A stretch of DNA of 60,555 bases, filler included, from Sphacelaria rigidula (lineage: Eukaryota): assembly GCA_964200075.2 (NCBI GenBank). It is 4 parts of 4 records of this genome, joined end to end, with 100 filler letters (N's around TTAATTAATTAA, not from the genome) between each part and the next. Parts side by side here need not be neighbours in the genome. Positions count along the whole stretch, not along the records: positions 1 to 15,066 come from CAXNAA020001924.1; positions 15,167 to 30,232 come from CAXNAA020001925.1; 2 more parts are not named here. The stretch is one strand, 5' to 3'. Below the pieces are notes generated by a model. The model was given only the letters and a program-made list of their open reading frames with translations, did no database searches and was not told the DNA's origin. This document shows positions 12,801 to 25,800 of this stretch, one piece after another. Every line of letters begins with the position of its first letter. Within the stretch, counting starts at the first letter, position 1. Position numbers and translations under genes: made by a program.

Positions 12801-13790
12801 TTGTGTTTATGACGTCGCTGTCGTGTAGGCGAGATCCGGTTCAGGTGCGATCAAAGTTTCTCACCACGTCGTGGATGCTTCGTCTCTTCTCTGCCGGAGT
12901 CCAAGCTCCACCGAAGGGGGCACGAGTGGTGTACATTGACGGTAAGATTTCGAATATATATTGCATGCTTTTCATTCGCCTAATTGGTTTTCAGAGAGAG
13001 GGGGTGTACATGGTAAGTTGCACGTCTTCCCTTGGGGGTTGCGCCTTCTGGCTGAAGGGCTTCAAAGGCTAGACGTCGCTCACCGGGCGACACGGGACTG
13101 GTGGCGCAGGCTGAGTCGAGGGTATCCGCTGTCAACAGCCACTTGTTCGCGTTCCGGAGGAGTTAGTTAGCACGTTGCCTACATGGGCCGTTCCCGTCTT
13201 GAAACATCTGTAAACATGAAGCTTTCGCGATAAACTTTGTGCAACGCATTAGATGGGGTACCTGCATCAAGCTACTAACGATTGCCACCGTTTTTCTATT
13301 TTGCAGGTGCGTGGGACATGTTCCACGCGGGTCACGTCGCCATTCTGAAGCAAGCCCGGGAGTACGGTGACTACCTGATCGCAGGCGTTCACAGCGACGA
13401 GGTCGTGAATGCGCAGCGTGGTCTCAATATGCCCATCATGAATCTCAATGAACGGGTACTCAGCGTCCTCGGCTGTGCGTATGTAAACGACGTCCTCATA
13501 GATGCGCCGCTTCAGATCACCAGGTGTGCCTAGTATAACGATTACCATGTAGCACGTGGTTTTTGGTTGATACTGTACACAACACACCCCGTTCTTGCAA
13601 TATTGGATGCGGCAAGAAACGACAAGCTGGGAAGATATGTACGCATATGGCAATGTCCAACACCCGAATCTAGACCCGGAGCTGATCACGCGCCTGTTTC
13701 CTCGATTGCAACACAGGGAGATGATCGCCTCTCTTAACATATGCGCCGCCGTGCATGGGACAGTGGACGACAGTGGCAAGGAGGAAGACG
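6818..13790 (+). CDS. PCYT2: Ethanolamine-phosphate cytidylyltransferase (PECT/ECT), 3'-partial
   Basis: Exons 6818-7593, 12829-12941, 13307-13523 and 13717-13790, all GT-AG and phase-consistent. Two cytidylyltransferase domains: WMDGAFDMMHYGH...HGDD...RTEGVSTT and YIDGAWDMFHAGH...ERVLSVLGC. No later exon found before the contig end. Confidence 0.93.
10452..11070 (+). mobile_element. MITE family B, Tc1/mariner type, copy 1 (in PECT intron 1)
   Basis: 14-bp perfect TIR CGAGCTGGGCCAGC / GCTGGCCCAGCTCG with TA on both sides; 619 bp. Inverted homologue of the same length at 51604-52222. Confidence 0.9.
11194..11743 (-). mobile_element. MITE family A, copy 2 (in PECT intron 1)
   Basis: Reverse complement of 214-759 along its length. 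Degenerate TIRs CAGTAGTGGACAGTCTA / TAGACCGCCCACTGCGG followed by TA. Confidence 0.88.
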
Positions 13791-14689
13791 GTGAGCAGCG
13801 CCACGTTGCTAACGCACAAATCGATATATTTTTCTTCGCGACTAGATGGTCGTTCGCTTGTACCACCCCACCGAAAGGAAGACCAGACCCATGGCGTACT
13901 GGCATTTCCATGAAAAATGCGCCCTAGCTGTGTACGTGTGATCAGAAGTACCTAATGAAGCAACCACAGAGCTGATTTCTCGTGCGGCTTTGTTGGTTCT
14001 GTCGAGCGAAATCGAAGCTACACCGACCAGGATCCAACCACTTATGAGTATCATTTGAGCAGCTCTTCGGATGAGAATCTATCTGCGAGCTCGTCCAGAA
14101 GCTTATGCCTAAGCATATTGGCACCCCGTAGCGGCCCACCAAACGGCAGTATCAGGCAATCTTTTAATTATTTGCGTAACTATTGGGCTGTGCTTCCAAT
14201 TCGTCGTCGCTAATTCTACTGCTCATAAAAAAAACGAAGTGGAAAGGTGATTCGGTAATAGCCACACGTACGAGTGAGTCATGTAGTCGATATATTTCAA
14301 GTTTTGTGCGATTGTTACCTACTGCTCGTCACGGTGAACGTTTTGATCTCAAAATTGTGGGGATGGGGACATACATTAGTATGAGTATCCGCTTCACATT
14401 CCGAAAAGAAAATCATTTTGCAATCAATAATGACCTACTTCTGGGCTGAGTGGTTCTCGGGAGTCCTGCGACTACACAGCCTCAGGTTCTGTCTGTTGAG
14501 GATCTTCTCTCAATTGAACAAATCCCTGTCGTTGTTTCGAACAAGTGTACAAGAGTATTTTTCTTAACTTCCACCTCTTCAGTACGCTAGCGGCGAGAAA
14601 ATGTGTTTTCCCCCACTAAATACGGTGTTCAACACCCCCTGTCAATTTTGTCATTGAGTGTTGTGTGAGGTATCGTCGAATTCTATTCT

Positions 14690-14980
14690 TTGTTAGCATT
14701 CGAAATTGCCAGTCGGGAAAATGAGCTGGTCATGCGCACGACACAATTCCTAAGTTTGTTTTGTCGCGGCGATACGGAGTAATGACCCCGATGATCTGGG
14801 GGTGCTATTGATCATGGTTGGTAGGAAAGAAGGTTTCGGCTGTAGCACAAAAAACATATATAAATCAGAATAATTTGTTCACGAGAACGATCGGGATTGG
14901 TTCGATCGAGCGAAGATACCGAAGGGTCAAAACCTGGAGCTGTCCGCAGGGCAGCCAGGAAGCTCACCCGGTCAACCATG
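14690..14980 (+). mobile_element. Diverged fragment related to MITE family A
   Basis: TCGGGATTGGTTCGATCGAGCGAAGATACCGAAGGGTCAAAACCTGG resembles 501-550 of copy 1. Ends not defined. Confidence 0.5.
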
Positions 14981-15066
14981 TGTGTTTCGAAGTTTCCAAG
15001 GGTCGGACAAATAATGAGTCGTCTGAAAATTACTTGGTTCTAGTATGATGAGTCGACTCGTGACGA

Positions 15067-15166
15067 NNNNNNNNNNNNNNNNNNNNNNNNNNNNNNNNNN
15101 NNNNNNNNNNTTAATTAATTAANNNNNNNNNNNNNNNNNNNNNNNNNNNNNNNNNNNNNNNNNNNN
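15067..15166. other. Artificial contig linker
   Basis: N44-TTAATTAATTAA-N44, which gives stops in all six frames. Confidence 0.98.
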
Positions 15167-15812
15167 CCCACCCCCCCCCCCCCGCCGCTCGCCCCCCCCG
15201 CCTCTGTTTGTGTTTTTTTTTGTCTCTCCCGTAGGGTTGGGGGGGGGGGGGGGGGGGGGGGGAGAAAGGGCAATGGAGACACCAGCAGTACACTTTTACA
15301 TGCTTAGTATCGTAACATACATACACGTGATTTTTGTCGGGCCCGTTTGAGCCTCAGGAAAGGATGTTTCGTCGTGGAGCTCAGCGGGGCTTCCGTAACA
15401 CAAGGTACTCGTCGGATATGCGGGGTGCTGTGCGTATTTCACAGGCAATGAGAAGTTACTGTTGTACCGAAACGTTGGGTTGATCACGATACCTACATAC
15501 AATACGTACACACATGCGTTACGCAACATTCTGCAACTGGATAACTTCATAGAAGCCATGAATAGATACTACTGCGTACTGTCAGAAGCAGTGTCGAACG
15601 TAAAAACGAGCACGTTCCTGTTCGACGTCCTGCTGCTGCCGCCTTTTCCAAGCCAAAGGGCATGGCCACCAACGAGCCACCAGCAGCTATCTAGAGATCA
15701 GACATAGATGTCACCAGTTAGCATGTACAATCACTGTCGTCTTACAGTAACATACACCACACCTATCGCAATGATCTGTCGTGATTTTGTTGTACATGTA
15801 TGTCATCATCAC

Positions 15813-15911
15813 CTTCGTGCAGACGAGATCCCTGGTCTTACTGTGCTTCATAAGATACACCTTGCCAAAGGATCCCTCCCCGAGAACCTTGATGGGCTCA
15901 TATTCCTCCAT
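15813..15911 (-). CDS. Exon 1 of a Ser/Thr protein kinase, NEK/NimA-like (rest off-contig)
   Basis: MEEYEPIKVLGEGSFGKVYLMKHSKTRDLVCTK followed by donor AAG|GTGATG. Gly-rich loop GEGSFG and the subdomain II Lys are present. The N-terminal kinase start resembles NEKs. Confidence 0.8.
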
Positions 15912-16865
15912 GATGAGGCAGGGTGGTCTCTGTAGACCCCCAGTAGTATAGCTCTCAGTGTACGCACCGCCCGAGCGATGAACGGCTGCTCAGAAAGAGA
16001 GGGATGACCTGTCTACTGTGTTCCTGTACACTGCAGTTGTCTGCACATGTATTCGCGGTCGGAGCTCAGCTCGAACCTATCAGGAATCGCCGCGTTATGG
16101 CTATTATCACTGGCGTTTTCGGCGGAGCTCAGCTGCTACTGCACCTGTGCTTGACTTAGCACGACCGCTTTGTAGTCCTTCCTCTTTCCCCCTCTTTTCT
16201 AGCTTTCTCTCCCTCGTGCGGCCTGAAGAGCTGCCCACGCACGCACGCGAAAATCTCAACGCCACGCTACTGGTCCACCTTCCGAGATTCGGCTGACTTC
16301 ACTTCAGACCACCCTTTGGCAGGTTGAGCCGACTCACAACACATGCCGTTACTGTTCGAACCGACACATTCTCGTCCGCTACATGTATGTTCTAACAAAA
16401 CTTATATCTCGGTCGGCGTTTCCTTACGGATTCCGCCTGTACCATTGTTCTCGATCTGCACTCATCCCGGGTTGAAAGTAAATAGAAGTCTTTTGAGTAC
16501 ATTGGGGCGCAGTGCAAACCCTGTGGCGCAAACAACTTGCAATGCTGGTTCCTCCCGATTAACATGCAAGGATCGTGGATAATGACAATGCAACTAGAAT
16601 GGGCATGTATCTGGTGATTCATATATATATTTCGTGGGAGGGCGCTCTTGCGGCTCTCAACTGACAGCTACGTTCACGAGCAATAACTACATGAGGTGAT
16701 CTCCTATTGCCCTCTAGGAGTATAGTAAGACGATAAGTGACTCCACCGGGTCTTCGCCGCCGGACAACGGGACTTGACATCATTATTTAAGATCTAGTGT
16801 GATCGTGACAGCTATAAATATGTGGATGAGCGACTGCCGCAAGACAGTGCGTGCTGGAGCTGGAG

Positions 16866-19800
16866 ATGGCGAAGAATGCAGCGAAGAAACGGAGGAGGGG
16901 CATCTCCAAAGTAACGAAGAAGTCCAAAAACACGTAAGTTTCCCTTCATCAAGGACAATGGTACTCTTATTCAACTAGATGAATCGAGATTCAACCACCG
17001 ACAGTACAAAACGTGACGATGTATAACACCCCTCCCTAGAGAAATATACTCTGCAATCACGATATCCCTGGGAATTGCGGCAGCCACACCTCCGAGGGTT
17101 GCGTCGTTGAAAAGATACCATCAATATTTTAGTTGGCCAAAAAGAGTTCATTTATTTTTGGAGAAGATCAAGCGGAGAAATAACGCAAAGTGCGGAGGGT
17201 GTTATACCCCGGGACTTAAGGTATTCCAGAGCCAGCACGGAAACACTCGGGTACTGAAGAATTCCCTGTTCATGTCACACGCAGAGCAATCTCGACAGGT
17301 AGAGCCAAGCACTGGTTGGCGGCCGAAGAGAGTCTTGAATATCTATCGACAGCTCTTTTATACGAGCCCGATCTAACGCTACTGCACAGTTGTTGTACCG
17401 TACCAGGCATCCGTTATGATGGTCCCCTCTGGTCCTATCTGTGGTTCGTGTATCTGTGGAAGAACGTCTCCTTATTCTACAAAAGAAGAGATGAAGTGAA
17501 TGTATATTCGACTCGTCCATCGGCGGAGGATAGGATACCCAGTAGAGTAATTCGTGGTGTTGATACCCTGGGTACCCTGGAATACTGGGAATTTTTGGCT
17601 TTCAACACTCTGGGTACCCCGTGATACTGCGTATTTCCGGCAGTCGATACCCTGGATACGCTGGCGAACTGAGTACTTGAAAATACCCCGAAAAATACAG
17701 GCCCCAGTGTATACCCTATTCTAGCCACCTGCATCTAGGTGCTTAGGGTAGGGAATAAAGAGGGGTATTTTGGAGTGTCGATTTTCCGGGTACCCTGAAG
17801 TTCTGAGTATATTCCATTGTCGTTACCCTGGGTACTCTGGAATACGGAGTACTTGAGATTACCCCGCAAATACAGATTACCCCAGTGTATATATGCCCTA
17901 TTCTAAACACCTGTACAGAGGTGGTTGAGGTAGGGTTGGGTGCAGACGGGGGGATTGGGGGTATCGATACCCTGGGTAACCTGCAGTCGTGAATATTTTT
18001 CGCTGTCGATACCCTGAGTGCTGTACAATACTGAGTTTCCCCGGTGGTCGACAGGTACCCTGGGTAGCCCAAAGTGCTGGGTACTTCAAAGTATCCCAAA
18101 AATACAGGGTACCCCAGGGTATGTACTCTATTCTAACCGCTTGTGTAGACGTGGTTAGGTTAGGGTAGGATACAGAGTAGGATATTTTGGGGCGTCGATA
18201 CCCCGAATTCCCTACAATACTGAGTATTTCCGGCAGTCGATACCCTGAGTGGGTACCCCAGAGTACTGGGAACCCTACAATGCCGAGTATCCCCGCTAGT
18301 CGAGAGATACCCTGGGTACTCCAGAATCCGTGTAAAAACTACTTGTTTCGAAACGGTCGAAGTGCACTGAAACCAAGATGATCGCGTGATGAACGAACGA
18401 ACGAAAGCTCATACGGTTGGTTGATGCCTGACACTCCGTAGAAATGCTTTGACCTCTGGAAGCAATCCGCTGTAACAATCAGGTTTTTGTCACCCAAACT
18501 GGATAAAAAACATTGGCATCATTTCGTATATATTGGGCACACTTTTCGAAGGAGTCAGGTCGCTGCCCGCTTGGTCTCTCGCTCACTGCAGATGCGATGT
18601 GGTTGAGCACCAGCCAAAAAAAGTGACGGGAACTAAACAGACACTCTGTGGACATTGTGGCGCTACGAAAGTCCATGGCGCGTACCTCAGGGCATGTACC
18701 CTACCCTTATCCCTATCGGACTTGTCAAAGGTAAGTAGTGTGGTTCTCACACCCCTGAAAGGACAAAGCGGTAAGCACGAGAGAAGTGAAAAACAGCAGG
18801 GTCCCAGATCTCCATCTCGGGAAAGAAGGGACTGATGAAACTGACGAAGTCAGTTTCGAGTTGCCTCGGGTCTCATCTCCGCCGCTCACGCAGGTCAATG
18901 GTCCGACGACTAAGGCAAGCAACAAATGAGTACCTCCCCTCACCCAGTAAGACGCTATCGCAATCCACGAACAGCGATGGCTTGTCAACGCTTACCCCAA
19001 GTGGTACAGTTTATATTTGAAATCTAAGTGATAGTCCTACGTCTCCGCTTTTGCATCGTCGTCCGTCTCCCCCTTCTATCCCGCTTACTGAATCTCAGGT
19101 TTAGATACAAGAAGCCTTCGATCGACTCGGAAGTTGTAAGGGTGAGTCCATCGATCGCATGAGGGAATATTATGGGGTTATAATTCTGGTCCTGGGGTTT
19201 CAATGCTGGGTTTAGGTTTGGGGCTATGACGACTGACATCCTCGGTTCATCATTTCGAGCTGCTGTACTAGGGTTGTATAGCGGACACTTTGACTGAGGG
19301 CGAGATATATAGCTTGCTATTTCACGAAGTACCGCGTTTGGTGAAAACTCGTATTCGGTCAAACAAATGGACTGGAAGGTATATTGAGGAACAGCTGCAG
19401 TGTTTTAAAGTTTTTTTTCGGGGGGGTGATTCAGAGATATCCACATGCGGGTCTGTGGCGACGTCATGAGGCACGGGGTCTGTTTTTTTGAGACAGGAGG
19501 ACAGTATGTTTCCGCACCTGCTCTGTGGGACGCATTTGCTTTGCGTGCTCGAAGAGCGGTGTGTGTGTGGATTTTCTCTCGATTTTTGTCGGAACAGCCG
19601 ATTGCCATTCTCTGCTGGCTCCCTTTTCAGACCTTCCGTCCTTCTTTAGGGCATTATACACTTGAGGAATAGTGGTGACGGTACAGGGAAAGTGAGTCCA
19701 CGTCTGTCACCACGGCTTCGCGACACGGGAGTAATGTGCGGAAATAATAATGACTGACGCACGTGGCATAGCGCCGCAGGTACCAACGGCATGGGTCTTA

Positions 19801-22800
19801 CACGTGTGGTACTTTTGAACAAAACTGCGGAAAAGAAAAAACGGCCCTGACGTTACCCATAATGTGCAAATATGAAGTGTTAGCAAATAAGGGTCACGGC
19901 TAACCTGGCCGTTAGGGTGGCTAAACGGGGGGGTGTGTTAGCCTCCAAAAAGTATCCGGGCTGTCCGACGACATTTTCGGCTGTAAATTGCCGACTTTTC
20001 TTCGTTTCTTAGGACACCCTTGATTTCAGACATCCTTGACATGGAGAAATCTAGCGTTAAGGTAACGTCCTCCCTGTTTAGACGCCACATACACTTCTAC
20101 ACCACCGCAACATTCCGGGGTTGAACTTTTTTTCAAGTGTTCCAAGGGCAGGTCGGGCAGGGTATGTACTTGTGAATACTTGGGTAAATACCCGGGTATT
20201 TACTTTACCCAAGTTTGGGTACGTTGGGTACGGCGTCAAATACTCTCCCCATATTTTGGGTAGATTGGGTTCGACCTCGAATACTCTACCCAAACCAAAT
20301 TCTGGGTAGATAAAGTACGGCCTCAAATATTCCATCCAAATTTGAGTGGATCAGGTACGATCTCAAGTACCTTGCCCAGATTTCGGGTATATTGGGCACG
20401 GCCTTAAATACCGTTCCCAAATATTGCACACGTCGGACAGCTCATGAGCTACCTGGATATTACTTGTTATTCGAGTACTGATCCGGATCATGAGCTAGCT
20501 CATTTGGCCAATATTTCCGTATTAGCTCCCGATAGCGATGGACGCCGAGCACGCCGTGTAGCGGCAAGGTAACGCTTAGGCTTGTCGAACCTCGCTGTCA
20601 CGTGTTTTGTGCTTTTGTACAATGGATCTGAAAGTTCTCTTCGATTACTTATTTCAGGTAGCTCATGACCTGTCCCACGTGTGAAATATGGGGTAAGGCC
20701 ACGTCTTCAGCGCATCATTCTTCGATCGTTAAAAAAGTGCGGCGAAATTGATTCGAGCGAATTCGTGCATTCCTCGCAAGTAGGGTCAAAACGAATTTGA
20801 AGCTTTCGATTGAAGAAATATGGTGAAATCGTGACGCGGCACTTGTTCGCTTGTCTACAGTACAGTACTGTACTGTCTGCTCTGTATGCATACAGTGTGC
20901 CTGAGTGTGAGTGTGCGTGTTTCGTACAGTAGGATGCGAAAGAGAAGGGGGCAACGTGCAGTGTAGACAGCGCAGGACTGTCTGTACGTTCTGCTCACAG
21001 TGCGACATGAACAGGACTTGAACAATGTGCAGCTCTGTACTCCCTGCACTGTTCATGAGTGTCCGCAAGTCAGTTGTTCACCCTACCACGCAGTTCCGTC
21101 GCCGATTACCATGAAAAATATGTTTTCGCCGACCATAAATAGACACATCATACCCAACTACTGCAGTGTATCTATCCCTGTGCCCAATACGTGCCCTATG
21201 CTGCCAGGTTGCGATGGCAGCTGAGAGTGAGTTGTGTGGGGTTTGCATGGTTCTGTGAACGGGTTGTATCTGGCGTGATGGTCTGCAAGATAAGAGTCAA
21301 GTGCCCTTCGTACCTTCCTCTGCACGTTCTCGGTAAAAGGGTATGGTATTCCTACCTACTTCCTATGATATGTAGGAATGTCATACCCTTTGCTTTCGAT
21401 CGAAAAAGCCGAGGGCAAGTCGATTAGGGTACGTACTTGTGAATACTCGGGTAAAATACCGGCATTCACTCTACCAAAGGTTTAGGTAGATTGGGTACGG
21501 CCTCAAATACTCTACCGAAATTCTAGGTAGATCGGGTACGACTTCAAACACCCAACTGAAACATTGGGTGAGTACCCTCAGCAGTATAGGAGTATAGAGC
21601 ATCACTTGAGTATGACCTCAATACTCTGCCCAAATTTTGAGTAGATTGAGTACGACCGTAAACTTTACCCAAATGGTCCATCGGCGCAAAGTGTTCGCTA
21701 GCCAAGTCGTGCGTTGCCAGTCCTCGTTTTTCAGACAAAGCGCGTTCTGCGCAAGCTAGGAGCGCAGCCCCCAATAAAGTTCCAGATATCAGTGTCCGAA
21801 CTACAACCAAGTCGGGACAAGTTCATCCCACCAAGTAACGTGGTGACAGGTTAGTTTACCACTTGGTAGGTACGGAAATTCTCGGAACTTTCATGATCTT
21901 GAATAACTCTAACCATAACCCTCACCCCAACTACTGTGTAGAGTACACCTTACCAATTGGTCGTACATAATGACTTGATTTCACTTGATTCCAGACTGAA
22001 CACCAATATTCGGATCTTTGCAGGAGCTGACTGTCCCAAGTGCTCCTAGCTCGTCCAGAGCGAGGTTCCGTCCAAAATCGGCGCCGCAAGCGCCGATTCG
22101 AGGTACCGCGACGCATGCTTCGCCTGGGAAACACTGTACACCCTCCTTGCCCGAGGATCCTCGGTATGCCTTGCTTGGGGTTATGGTTATGGTTAGGGTT
22201 AACGTTGGGGTTGGAGGCACTCTCGTAGTACCAACCATTTTTCACGGCCGTTTTCCGAGGTCCCCTCATTCTTTTCATCATTTCAGGTGCATGTTGGGGA
22301 GGCCCATGACGTCGTCACGCTAAGATACGGCGAACAATAACAGTGAAGTGTGTGGTGCCCCCGGTTTTCCCGATGTAGAGGTTTACGGGGTAGGGCTCCT
22401 CTTGAGAAATCTGGTGACACCCCCCCTGCCGAGAAAAAACATTATTACACGCAGTCTTGCAAGGTCGTGTTCTGTAGGGTAAGATTTTCTGTACACCCGG
22501 GGTATTTTCCCAGGTATTTACCGTACCTGACACTTTCATACCCTTACCCGATAGCTCTGTGAGTTCTGTAAGCCGCCCGCACCGTTACCGGGGGCACAGG
22601 TATGCTCTCGATAATATACCCAGTTGCGAGTACGGTTTTCTGTGCAGCCTCCATACCCCGCACGACAGTTTCTGTGAGTTTCGTACGGCTCCCATACCCT
22701 TACCCGACAGTTCTGTGTGTTATTTACATAATGTAAGCCCGTACCCGGCGCACGGGTATGACCTTAGAGAAATACCCGATTGCCGGTACGGTTTTCTGTA

Positions 22801-25800
22801 AGCCTCCCATATCATACCCGACAAGTTCTGTCATGTCTGCAAGACTTTCGAACCGGTACCCAACAGTTTTTTAATTTCTGTAAGACTTTCAAACCGGTAC
22901 CCGATATTTCTGTAAGTTCTGTAAGGAATTCCATACCCTACAGAATACAACCTTGCATTCTTGTCATCCGGGGCGTGGTGCCAACAGTCAGTTGTTCTGA
23001 TTTCCTGTCTGCCGAGTATGGACCATCTGAAGGCAAGTTGTAGGATTCAGCCTGATCATCAGGGAGTTGGCGATGTCGTTGCCTGCAAGCAGGTGCTACC
23101 GGTACATGACAGTGTTTTACAGTCCATACAACAGTACTTGCATCCACTTTTCAAGAGAGTAGAAGATGTGCTTCCTAGAACAGGCAGCAGGTACGACGAA
23201 AAAACTTTTGCCGCCACACCCTCCGGAATATGTCTTGTGGCAAGGGGGTACGAAATCAGATTTTTCAGGAGGAGTTTTACCTCGAAGACCTCAAAACCGG
23301 GAAAACTACTGGTAGTCGGAGACAGATCTGGAAATCTCAACGGGCATGACTGAAACACATGCCTGAAGCACGTTACACCTTCACAACCCAACCTTACCAA
23401 ACGCGCACAGACATCCACGGCACAAGCGCAGCACCCCTGGCGCTAGCTATTGCTATTCTATACACAGTGCGCTTCGTTTCACGGCAATCTGTGTGGTGTT
23501 GGACGAGGGTCGGACGTGCTTGTGCAACAAAACTTGGTGACGATGGAGTCGTTGACCGCTTCACGTGGGAGCATTTTTTGTTTGAAACAACTAACCGATG
23601 TTTACTCAACACCATACTTGACGGCGAAGAAAATCGCTCATCTTGGGACGCCGGTGCAAGCTTAAACGAGTCGGTGGGCCTAACCCTAAGCGGTAAAAGC
23701 GATTGGTGAGGAATTACTGGATTGACGGCGGCTGTCATGTACTTGGTCGGGCTCTGTCTGCTTGCACACGAAATTATGTGTTGACTGCGGTGCTGTCGCC
23801 GGCAATCAATACATTTTTTAGTCCACCCTGCACAAGAGAAACGACGCATCATATCGTGCGCGCATCACACGACATGGCACGCACCCGCACACGCACAGCG
23901 AAACGAAACACACAGACGGACGAATCACCATGAGCAGCCTCTAACTCATCGTACACGATTGACAGGCAGTCAACCCGGCTACTGCAGTGTGTACTCTCGT
24001 CCGTTGGAAAATATCTTCTTTATGCACGGATTGTTGTTCCGTAAATGAGAGTCAAAACACTCTTTGTTCTGTCTTGGAGAAAACGTGCGGTTGTTGACCG
24101 TTTATGTCGGTAGACAGTCGATCCGCTCTTATCTTGGTTCTATACTGGATGATTTAGTGCGCGTGGGTTGTGTTTTTTGTCCCGCTGTCATGTACTTGGT
24201 CGGGCTCTATCTGCTTGCTAAACAAATTATGTGTTGACTGCGGTGCTGTCGCGGGCATAGCCTATGGAGTACCATGTCGATGAAAAGGCAGTGCTATCAA
24301 TGATATGTGAAATAATGTGAACGAAGAGCATTTGTCCACGTTTTCGATTTAGTCGTGTATTTCCGTGACGCCTGTTGAGCAAAGGCGACAATTTCCCGTT
24401 CAAGTTTTCCGATACAAATTCCCATTTTCCCGCGCTGGTGTTTTTTTGTCAAGCAAGCTGTTGTGTTTCCGCCAAGCACGCAAAAGTAATGCCGTGATAG
24501 CCCCCACCAAACCACCCTTAAAACTGTGACCGCCGCTGAACCCATCTAACGAGTATTGAAGACTGCTATTTGCCCGCGCTGTTGTGTATGCGTCAAGGAC
24601 GCAAGAGTGATGCCGGGCCTTGAAATGAAGGCTCGTGAAAAAAACCAAGGGTTGATTGAACAATGGCACTGGTGAGACTCTGGAATATTAGTACAAGCGT
24701 CCAGTGTAGAATATTGTTCCAAAAATGATAATTTGTGGCTTGGATAAAGTATGGGAAAGTCGGATATGAATGTACTGATCTATGTATGAAGCGGAGATAC
24801 ATTTATGCTATTAATATTTCAGAAAAAATAGGATATGATTAGAGGTAAATGTCACAAAGATACGGTTAAGGCACCTGACGGGAACAGCTTTGTTTCGTGG
24901 GATCCATGACACGTACAACAATGCCCAGGGTATCCGGAGAGAAACAATTCAATCCTTTATTACCCGAGCGTTTCAAAAAACAAAAATATTGAAACTAAGT
25001 TGCAGGAGTAACAGTGGAGTATGGCTCTAGTGACGTAAATAATGCAGCCAAAATACCCTCTGTTCCAATTAAGATACTCTCTTGTAACAGTTGATTTCTC
25101 GCGATCTGGGACGTTTCAGACCTTCTCCTTTGGTACAAATGTTCATGAGAAGTGTGGTCCGTGTTGCGTGGAAACAACAATAATAATGCGGGGATGAAAA
25201 TGGTCTATCCCCTGGCTTTCGGAATATATCTGGCCATCAGGTCTGTGTTTGGCAACGCCGTACTCGACGGAAACGTTGTTTTTTCTTCTTTTTCTTTTGA
25301 AACCCATTGAAATACGTTTTGACAGTCATTCCATAAACTTGGTGCTCATGGGTTACGATCAAGGTACTCTATGACGCACGTTGAGTGGTGCCCCCTAGTC
25401 ACTCGTTTTTCACCAGAAATCGACAATGACTGCGAAAATGGAACATCTGGGACGTTTGAGACCTTCTCCTTTGGTCCAAATGTTTATTTAATTAGTGCGG
25501 TCCATTTTGCAGGAAAAAATAAGAAAAAAGTAATGCGGGGATGATAATGGCCTATTCCCTGTTTTTCATAACGAATCTGGCCATGAAGTCTGTGTTAGGC
25601 AACGCCATAGTCGACGAAAACATTATTTTTTTCTTCTTTAGCCCATTGAAATACGTTTTCACAGTAATTTCCCAAAATTTGGTGTTAATGAGTAATGAAT
25701 AAGGTACTGTGACGCACGTTGAGAGGTGCCCCCTAATCATTCACTTTCCATCAGAAATCGATTGTGACTACGAAAATGGAACACGCGGGACGTTCCAGAT

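Noticed and set aside
18386..18431. C/D box snoRNA in the NOP16 intron (GTGATGA...CTGA)
   Set aside because: Only 46 nt from box C to box D, with no recognisable rRNA guide.
20190..21675. CRISPR-like ~40-bp periodic palindromic repeats
   Set aside because: Units are contiguous and degenerate with no unique spacers, no cas genes are present, and they follow a hAT-type TIR.
21905..22215. Telomere-like TAACCC / GGGTTA tracts
   Set aside because: Short, degenerate and internal. Probably part of a repeat element whose ends I could not define.
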